Shown piece after piece: positions 57,457 to 64,000 of a stretch of DNA of 64,000 nucleotides. Position 1 is the first letter of the stretch. Each line of letters starts with the position of its first letter. Source of the DNA: Lachnospiraceae bacterium. Its GTDB lineage: Bacteria > Bacillota > Clostridia > Lachnospirales > Lachnospiraceae. The notes under the pieces were generated by a model. It was given only the letters and a program-made list of their open reading frames with translations, ran no database searches and was not told the origin of the DNA. The stretch is taken from NCBI GenBank assembly GCA_022774505.1, contig JALFLW010000079.1, positions 158-64,157 of the forward strand, given 5' to 3'. A program made the translations under genes and the position numbers.

Positions 57457-57528
57457 AGCACGAGACGGGATTCGAACCCGCGACCCTCGCCTTGGCAAGG
57501 CGATACTCCACCACTGAGCCACTCGTGC
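57457..57528 (-). tRNA. tRNA-Gly (anticodon GCC), copy 2
   Basis: A 72-nt sequence identical to copy 1, located 126 bp upstream of it on the same strand. Confidence 0.9.
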
Positions 57529-57568
57529 ATTCGCTTTCCGACAACCTCTTGTCTCAAGCACAAGTAGT

Positions 57569-57597
57569 ATTCTATCGGAAAGCATGTGATTTGTCAA
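57569..57597 (-). promoter_or_regulatory. strong consensus sigma-A promoter for the tRNA-Gly tandem
   Basis: The minus strand reads TTGACA (57597-57592), a 17-nt spacer, then TAGAAT (57574-57569). A long A/T-rich UP-like tract lies upstream. Confidence 0.6.
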
Positions 57598-57663
57598 CCA
57601 CTTTTTTTAATTTTTTTTGTTTTATTTTTTCTTTACAATATCTTATAAAAATATATTCATATT

Positions 57664-60600
57664 TTACTTAAAATAAGATACTCCTGATTCAAAAATATGC
57701 TGGTTCTGATTGCCATAAATATTTACAGCCACACCATCCCCAATACGCTCAGAATGCGCCATCTTACCAAGAACTCTTCCATCCGGACTTGTGATACCCT
57801 CAATTGCAGCATAGGATCCGTTTGGATTGAACTCTTCATCCATGGTTGGATTTCCCTGCAGATCGACATACCGGGTAGCAACCTGACCATTTGCAAAAAG
57901 TTCATTGATCACACTTTCTTCCGCTACAAAACGTCCCTCACCATGAGACGCAGGAATCGCATAAACTCCTCCAAGCTCTGCACGCATCAGCCAAGGTGAT
58001 TTGTTTGTAACCACTTTCGTATAAACAGATTTAGAAATATGGCGTCCTATGCTATTGGTTGTCAATGTCGGAGCACCTGCTGTCTGTGGTTTTATCTCTC
58101 CATATGGCACCAGACCAAGCTTGATCAATGCCTGGAAACCATTACAGATACCAAGAGCAAGACCATCTCTCTGCTTAAGAAGATCATGTACTGCATCCAT
58201 GATCTTTGGATTTCTAAAGATCGAAGCAATAAACTTTGCTGATCCATCCGGCTCATCACCTGCACTGAATCCACCTGAGAACATCAATATCTGACTGCTG
58301 CGGATCGCCTTTTCAAAAGCATCTACAGACTCAACGATCTGATTTTCTGTCATATTTTTAAATACAACTGTCTCTACCTCTGCTCCCGCCTGTTCAAATG
58401 CCTTTGTCGTATCATACTCGCAGTTGGTACCAGGGAATACCGGAATAAATACCTTTGGTCTTGCCAGCTTTCTCTGTGCTGTATATACCTCTTTGGCATC
58501 AAAAAGTTTATCTTCCAGAACCGTCTGTTCTACTCCTGACCTGGTCGGGAATACTTCTTCCAGACGTCCGGTCCATGCTTCGTATGCTTCCTTCATCGAA
58601 ACAGATGTAGTACCTGCCACAAAATTCGGCTGTTCCGTAACTGTACCTATCTCTTTTCCGTTTATCTTTAATGCCGCATAATCTTCAGGATCCATTTCAA
58701 CGATAATTGAACCATAATCCTTTGCAAACAATTCATCGATAGACAGTCTGTCATTTAATGTAACACCCAGTTCATTACCAAATGCCATCTTGCTGACTGC
58801 CTCGCAGATACCACCAAAACCAATTGCATATGCTGATGCGATCTTGTTTTCACGAATCAATCCGGTAATCGCACTATAAAGCTCCATTAACTGAGAATAT
58901 ACCGGAAGATCATATTCATCCTTCTCTATGTCAAATTTTACAAGCAGATTGCCGGCCTTCTTTAATTCCGGGCTAATGACATCCTCCAGAGAGGCAACAT
59001 CAACAGCAAAGGAACATAATGTCGGAGGTACATCAATATCATTAAAGGAACCTGACATGCTATCCTTTCCTCCGATAGACGGAAGACCCAGCTTCATCTG
59101 TGCATCATAAGCTCCCAGCAATGCTGCCATAGGCTCTCCCCAGCGTTTCGGGTCTGTTCCGAGACGTCTGAAATACTCCTGGAAGGTAAAACGTATCTTG
59201 CTATAATCTCCACCGGATGCTACGATCTTTGCGACAGATGAGATCACAGCATAAACAGCTCCATGATATGGACTCCAGCTTGTAAGATAAGGATCCATAC
59301 CATAGCTCATCATAGTAACTGTATCGCATTTTCCTTTCAGTACAGGAAGCTTGGCAATCATTGTCTGGATCGGTGTATGTTGTGTCTTTCCTCCGTATGG
59401 CATCGTCACGGTAGCCGCACCGATAGAGCTGTCAAACATCTCTACCAGTCCTTTCTGCGAACAGACATTCAAATCCCGGAGAATATCCAGCCATGCCCGC
59501 TTCAGATCTCTTGTATCCCTCTTTTCCTTGAAATAATTCTTTTCCTGATCCGGCATCGTCACCTGAACGTCTGTCTCCTGATGTGCACCATTTGTATCAA
59601 GAAAAGCTCTGGAAATGTCTACGATCGTTTTTCCTCTCCACTTCAATACAAGACGCGGACTTTCCGTTACTTTGGCAACGACAACAGCCTCAAGATTTTC
59701 CTCAGCCGCAAAGCCCAGCATCTTATCAACATCCGTTTTGGCTACAACGACTGCCATTCTCTCCTGAGATTCGGAGATTGCAAGCTCTGTTCCATCCAGA
59801 CCGGCATACTTCTTTGGCACCTTATCCAGATTGACCTCCAATCCATCTGCCAGCTCACCGATTGCTACTGATACACCACCTGCACCGAAATCATTACACT
59901 TTTTGATAATAGAGCTTACCTCCTGCCGACGGAACAAACGCTGTATCTTTCTCTCTGTTGGTGCATTTCCTTTCTGAACTTCTGCTCCACACACATCAAT
60001 CGACTTTGTTGTATGTGCTTTTGAAGATCCCGTGGCTCCACCGATTCCATCTCGTCCGGTACGACCTCCCAAAAGAATGATGATATCTCCCGGATCACTA
60101 TTTTCACGGATTACATTGCGTCTCGGAGCTGCACCCATAACCGCACCGATCTCCATACGTTTCGCAACATAATTCGGATGATATACTTCATTGACAAGAC
60201 CTGTAGCCAGTCCGATCTGATTACCGTAAGAGCTGTATCCATGAGCAGCTCCCGTCGTAATTTTACGCTGTGGAAGCTTTCCAGGAAGAGTATCTTTCAT
60301 AGAAACTGTCGGATCAGCAGCTCCCGTCACACGCATTGCCTGATATACATATCCTCTGCCTGACAACGGATCACGGATCGCACCACCAAGACAAGTTGCT
60401 GCACCACCAAACGGTTCAATCTCCGTTGGATGGTTATGTGTCTCATTTTTGAAAAATACAAGCCATTCCTCTTCTCTGCCGTCGATTTCAACCGGAACAA
60501 CAATGGAGCATGCATTGATCTCGTCTGATTCCTCCATATCATCCAGCTTGCCCGCCTTTTTCAACTGCCGCATTGCAAGCAGGGCAATATCCATCAGAGA

Positions 60601-61419
60601 AACAAACTTATCATCTCTTCCGGCAAACATTTCTTTATGTGCCGTATAATATTCCTGATATGTCCCTTCGATCGGCTTCTTATAATAGCCGTCATCAAAA
60701 GATACATTTTTTAACTCTGTCAAAAATGTTGTATGACGGCAATGATCAGACCAGTATGTATCCAAAACCCGAATCTCTGTCACGGAAGGATCACGCTTTT
60801 CTTCTCCTGCAAAATATTTCTGGATATGTAAAAAATCTTTAAAGGTCATTGCCAGATTCAGAGAATCATACAGCTCCTTCAATTCTGATTCCGGCATATT
60901 CTGAAATCCATCAAATACTGCCACATCTGCCGGCTCATCAAACTTCTGCACCAGAGTATCAGGCTTTTGTTCATCTGTCTCTCTGGAATCTACCGGATTG
61001 ATACAATATTCCTTGATCCTTGCCTGATCCTCCGAATTGATCTCTCCCTCAAAAACATAAGTTGTTGCAGAACGGATCACCGGATCTTCTTTTTCATTCA
61101 GAAGCTTCACACACTGTTCTGCAGAATCCGCTCTCTGATCAAACTGTCCCGGAAGATACTCTACCGAAAAACAAAATGCATCCGGAGCCATCTCAAATTT
61201 TTCCTCATAACAGTCATCTACAGGCGGCTCTGAAAATACTGTCATTAAAGCCTGCTGATATGTGGCATCACTAAGATTTTCTACGTCATAACGTATTAAA
61301 ACCCTAACGCTGCGCAAAGCAGTAATGCCAAGATACTGTCTTACTTCCTCCTTCAGTTCTTTTGCCCGAACTGCATAAGGAGCTTTTTTCTCCACATAAA
61401 TTCTTTTAACCTGTCCCAT
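57664..61419 (-). CDS. purL: phosphoribosylformylglycinamidine synthase, single-chain large form
   Basis: About 1250 aa. Contains the N-terminal PurS-like domain, the FGAM synthetase core (ETHNHPTEIEPFGGAATCLGG, two AIR-synthase-like repeats) and the C-terminal glutaminase (GICNGFQAL ... HGEGRF). The start was set to the ATG at 61419 after an aggagg SD. Confidence 0.95.
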   Translation of the reverse strand: MGQVKRIYVEKKAPYAVRAKELKEEVRQYLGITALRSVRVLIRYDVENLSDATYQQALMTVFSEPPVDDCYEEKFEMAPDAFCFSVEYLPGQFDQRADSAEQCVKLLNEKEDPVIRSATTYVFEGEINSEDQARIKEYCINPVDSRETDEQKPDTLVQKFDEPADVAVFDGFQNMPESELKELYDSLNLAMTFKDFLHIQKYFAGEEKRDPSVTEIRVLDTYWSDHCRHTTFLTELKNVSFDDGYYKKPIEGTYQEYYTAHKEMFAGRDDKFVSLMDIALLAMRQLKKAGKLDDMEESDEINACSIVVPVEIDGREEEWLVFFKNETHNHPTEIEPFGGAATCLGGAIRDPLSGRGYVYQAMRVTGAADPTVSMKDTLPGKLPQRKITTGAAHGYSSYGNQIGLATGLVNEVYHPNYVAKRMEIGAVMGAAPRRNVIRENSDPGDIIILLGGRTGRDGIGGATGSSKAHTTKSIDVCGAEVQKGNAPTERKIQRLFRRQEVSSIIKKCNDFGAGGVSVAIGELADGLEVNLDKVPKKYAGLDGTELAISESQERMAVVVAKTDVDKMLGFAAEENLEAVVVAKVTESPRLVLKWRGKTIVDISRAFLDTNGAHQETDVQVTMPDQEKNYFKEKRDTRDLKRAWLDILRDLNVCSQKGLVEMFDSSIGAATVTMPYGGKTQHTPIQTMIAKLPVLKGKCDTVTMMSYGMDPYLTSWSPYHGAVYAVISSVAKIVASGGDYSKIRFTFQEYFRRLGTDPKRWGEPMAALLGAYDAQMKLGLPSIGGKDSMSGSFNDIDVPPTLCSFAVDVASLEDVISPELKKAGNLLVKFDIEKDEYDLPVYSQLMELYSAITGLIRENKIASAYAIGFGGICEAVSKMAFGNELGVTLNDRLSIDELFAKDYGSIIVEMDPEDYAALKINGKEIGTVTEQPNFVAGTTSVSMKEAYEAWTGRLEEVFPTRSGVEQTVLEDKLFDAKEVYTAQRKLARPKVFIPVFPGTNCEYDTTKAFEQAGAEVETVVFKNMTENQIVESVDAFEKAIRSSQILMFSGGFSAGDEPDGSAKFIASIFRNPKIMDAVHDLLKQRDGLALGICNGFQALIKLGLVPYGEIKPQTAGAPTLTTNSIGRHISKSVYTKVVTNKSPWLMRAELGGVYAIPASHGEGRFVAEESVINELFANGQVATRYVDLQGNPTMDEEFNPNGSYAAIEGITSPDGRVLGKMAHSERIGDGVAVNIYGNQNQHIFESGVSYFK

Positions 61420-61499
61420 TTTTTCCTCCTGTTTTTGATCAGCCTGTTTCGCAATCCTCGTTGACATTTCACCGGATCACGAACATTTTCTTATATACT

Positions 61500-61553
61500 A
61501 AAAATAGAAATAGTACAGCGCCGGAGACCGTTTTGTCTCCGATGCACCGTACT
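61500..61553 (-). terminator. rho-independent terminator after the 419-aa chaperone-like gene
   Basis: The minus strand forms a long imperfect stem AGTACGGTGCATCGGAGAC-aaaa-CGGTCTCCGGCGCTGTACT, followed by ATTTCTATTTTT. Confidence 0.6.
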
Positions 61554-61575
61554 AACTATTTCTTGTTTATTCCTC

Positions 61576-62835
61576 TTATTTGCCAGAGGTTGCATCGGAA
61601 GAATCACTCTTCATCTTCTCTAAATCCTCAGCTGTTACAATATCTGTCGTAACAGTACCGATTTCAATATCGCTCCAGACATCTGAATTGGTAGAAACCT
61701 TATAATTTTTCAAAATTCCCTGATACCATTTGTCATAAGCAGCATTTTTTGCTGATGTAACTGCAGAATCACATGCCTTTTTATAGCTGTCTGTAGAATT
61801 GTTATTTATCATCTTTACAAAAAGAACATTTCCACTCTTTTCATCCTTGATGATCTTAGAGATTTCTTTATTCTTCAATGTTTTGATCTGTTTTAACAGC
61901 TTTTTACTGCTGATCATGCTCCATCCGTCTTTCTCCGTAAAGCTTGTATCCGAATACTTGATGTCCGACTTACTGTTGTCTCCCAGAAGCTTAGAGAAAT
62001 CCTTTGCATCTCCGGCTTTTTTATAAAGATCATTTAATTCCTTATCAAGCTTTGCTTTTTTGCTTGCTGAAATTTTCTTGATCTTTCCATTAGAATCTGT
62101 TGATGATGTCGTATATGCATAACACTGGATCTTATATTCCCTGTAATCCTTTTGGGAAATATCCTTAATAGCAGCCTTTTTATCAACTGTCTTATCCAAT
62201 TCCTTCGTCTCTGCATTCTTGTAATTATCGGCAAGCTTACGAAGTTCAAAACGCTTTGTCAGCTTACTCTTAGAAATATTTAAACGAAGTCTCTGTGTAA
62301 AGGACAATCCCTTCAAAGCATCTGAGACCTCTTTTTTTACTTCTTTCTTGTCATCTGCACTAAGTTTATAACCAGCCTTTTTTGCCTCTGCATAAAGGAT
62401 CTGATACTCTGTTTCCGCATCAATGATCTCCTGCTTGAGACCGATTGCATTTGTTGCATCGGAAGAAGTAATATTACGGTCACTACCCATATAATTATTT
62501 TCCCATATAGATTTACCTGTATACATCTGGTACATCTCATTATATGGAAGATATGCACTCTCACGCTCATAGATAGGATACATCATATCATCCATAGATA
62601 ACTTGGTATCATTTACAGTCAATACCATCTGTGGCTTAAACTGCTGGATCCCTACTCCGATACATAATACAAGAACAATGACGACACAGATCGCACCAAT
62701 AATAATTTTCTTGGTATCACTGACTCCGCCATCGGACAACCTCTGATTTCCTTTTGCTGCAGAAACTGTCTGGGAATCCTGAATATTCTTCTCCTCTTTT
62801 TTCTGCTTGTTCATGATTTTTTTTGATGAATTCAT
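61576..62835 (-). CDS. membrane-anchored extracytoplasmic chaperone-like protein (SurA-N/PrsA-like; no parvulin signature seen)
   Basis: 419 aa with a basic N-terminus and one TM helix (IIIGAICVVIVLVLCIGVGI). The rest is a Lys/Asp/Ser-rich helical ectodomain resembling SurA N-terminal-type chaperone modules. Assignment is tentative. Confidence 0.35.
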   Translation of the reverse strand: MNSSKKIMNKQKKEEKNIQDSQTVSAAKGNQRLSDGGVSDTKKIIIGAICVVIVLVLCIGVGIQQFKPQMVLTVNDTKLSMDDMMYPIYERESAYLPYNEMYQMYTGKSIWENNYMGSDRNITSSDATNAIGLKQEIIDAETEYQILYAEAKKAGYKLSADDKKEVKKEVSDALKGLSFTQRLRLNISKSKLTKRFELRKLADNYKNAETKELDKTVDKKAAIKDISQKDYREYKIQCYAYTTSSTDSNGKIKKISASKKAKLDKELNDLYKKAGDAKDFSKLLGDNSKSDIKYSDTSFTEKDGWSMISSKKLLKQIKTLKNKEISKIIKDEKSGNVLFVKMINNNSTDSYKKACDSAVTSAKNAAYDKWYQGILKNYKVSTNSDVWSDIEIGTVTTDIVTAEDLEKMKSDSSDATSGK

Positions 62836-63019
62836 GTTTACTCCTCCACTTGGTAATTATCGCGTCAAAAAACAAAACGCTACTTTCTATTCTACCGAAA
62901 TTACAATATAAGTCAAGGAATTATTCAGGAAATCATTATATTTGTACATTGTAATATGTATTTGCAATGATAACAGATGTACATTCATCCTGCTGAGGAT
63001 GGAGGAAATGGGGGCAAAG

Positions 63020-63226
63020 ATGTATAGATACATAATATATGAAGTGAAAGACGGAGTTAGAAAACGATGGGCATCCTGCGATGTGCTGACAAATGCCATG
63101 CAGATCTGTAATGCAATCAGTGAAAAAAGGCAATGTCATATGATTGTTGTGAATGATAATGACACTCTAGTCATGTATGATATCGGATCTAAATATGATC
63201 CAGATAGAAGAATGATAATTTTATAG
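63020..63226 (+). CDS. hypothetical small protein (68 aa; start uncertain)
   Basis: MYRYIIYEVKDGVRKRWASCDVL.... A G-rich SD-like ggggg lies 6 nt upstream. This is the first plus-strand gene after the long minus-strand run. Confidence 0.35.
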   Translation: MYRYIIYEVKDGVRKRWASCDVLTNAMQICNAISEKRQCHMIVVNDNDTLVMYDIGSKYDPDRRMIIL

Positions 63227-63327
63227 AGGTGACAACCCCCAGTAAGGCATACTGAAAGGGATCACATACAATTTAATAACGCCCCCGCACGGCGACGGGG
63301 GTTAGAAAAGAAAGCGAGGAAGCTATT

Positions 63328-63630
63328 ATGAATATCGAAACAAAATTCAACGCAATGTGCGTAGGCAAGAATGAAAGCAAAACAAGTGATGGGAAAGCAA
63401 CTTTTTATACATTGGCAATTGTTCAAAATGGACAGGCAGGTAACATTGCATGCAGTCAGGACGTTTTCGATCGGGTGTTAACATCTGGTCAGCAGATTGA
63501 GGTGTATGACTTCACAGGAGTATATCGAGATGGTCAGTATAAAAATTTTAAAATTACCCACGCTGGTGAAGCTGGTTCTCTCATTGGTGGCGGTGCTCCC
63601 CAAAGTACATCTGCCGGAAAAGGCAAGTAG
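63328..63630 (+). CDS. hypothetical 100-aa protein (beta-rich, possibly OB-fold-like, Gly-rich basic tail)
   Basis: The ORF is preceded by a gcgaggaag SD and ends in LIGGGAPQSTSAGKGK. No family recognised. Confidence 0.45.
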   Translation: MNIETKFNAMCVGKNESKTSDGKATFYTLAIVQNGQAGNIACSQDVFDRVLTSGQQIEVYDFTGVYRDGQYKNFKITHAGEAGSLIGGGAPQSTSAGKGK

Positions 63631-63849
63631 TCACTAATGTTAGGATATACAGGGACTAACAGCCCTGTCATACCATAATCGTGATTTTCTATTATGGTTG
63701 ACAGGGTTCACAGATCCCAATCATGGACAGGCGTACAAATGGGCGGTTTTATCCATTTGTGCCTTATCTGTAAACAAGAAGTTTATCGGCTGCCGGTATA
63801 AAGCAGTGGCAGCCAATATAATGAACTTTGACACCTGAGGAGGGATATC

Positions 63850-64000
63850 ATGAAAGTTGCAACAGGCTCAGCGATCTGTATCGCCAGCACTTCGGACTAT
63901 AACATGTTTTTCTACCATCAAAGCATAGCTTGTTTTCTTGGGATATTGGTTGGTGTAGTTTTAGGAACATTCTTCTGGGGGTTAGTATATGATCGAATCA
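63850..64000 (+). CDS. hypothetical membrane protein, 5' fragment (runs off the window)
   Basis: The ATG at 63850 follows a gaggaggg SD. The hydrophobic stretch FLGILVGVVLGTFFWGLV is present, and the frame is open to the window end. Confidence 0.4.
   Translation, partial: MKVATGSAICIASTSDYNMFFYHQSIACFLGILVGVVLGTFFWGLVYDRI

Noticed and set aside
57331-57528. The tRNA-Gly duplication, considered as an attL/attR remnant of an integrated element.
   Set aside because: Both copies are complete, identical tRNA genes only 126 bp apart under one promoter. No integrase and no partial tRNA 3'-end repeat lie further away in the window.
57207-57544. Two minus-strand ORFs (65 and 81 aa) in the track.
   Set aside because: They read straight through the two tRNA-Gly genes. 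The repeated peptide SGSVVEYRLAKARVAGSNPVSC is simply the translated tRNA sequence.
61420-61575. Purine (guanine/adenine) riboswitch upstream of purL.
   Set aside because: I could not find the conserved junction sequences or the three-helix layout. Most of the spacer is taken up by the upstream gene's terminator and a promoter-like region.

Overview
The window is a chromosomal core segment of an AT-rich Firmicutes/Clostridia genome. Gene content and synteny look Lachnospiraceae-like, but this is inferred from synteny only. About 60 genes are present and almost all lie on the minus strand.

Gene blocks in coordinate order:
- lspA-rluD.
- Tail of a division cluster: yggS-sepF-yggT-divIVA.
- Cell-shape block: radC-mreBCD-PBP2-minCDE-rodA-mgsA.
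- mutS-mutL-miaA.
- RNase P RNA.
- A TIGR03960/TIGR03936-type radical-SAM pair with RNase G.
- der-plsY-gpsA, then prs.
- lepB-rbgA-lepB-rnhB block, then mecA and uppP.
- Complete butyrate pathway: thl-crt-hbd-bcd-etfB-etfA, with a divergent butyryl-CoA:acetate CoA-transferase.
- Two identical tRNA-Gly(GCC) genes, then purL.

I found no CRISPR array, transposase, integrase or recognisable defence system.

Candidates for something uncharacterised:
1. A tightly packed minus-strand block at 53.7-57.0 kb. It encodes a zinc-ribbon membrane protein, a Cys-rich DUF5685-like protein, a J-domain protein with a Cys-rich tail, an 81-aa ORF, a ThyX-fold protein lacking the ThyX catalytic motif, and a hotdog thioesterase.
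2. The radical-SAM/DUF2344/RNase G module.
3. In-frame tandem-repeat expansions inside three housekeeping proteins: signal peptidase I, DivIVA and MutL.
4. A strand and content switch after about 62.9 kb that may be the edge of an accessory element.

The ORF track uses GTG/TTG as well as ATG starts. I trimmed several starts to the ATG/TTG that follows a visible Shine-Dalgarno sequence. All family assignments come from motif recognition by eye and memory; no database search was run.
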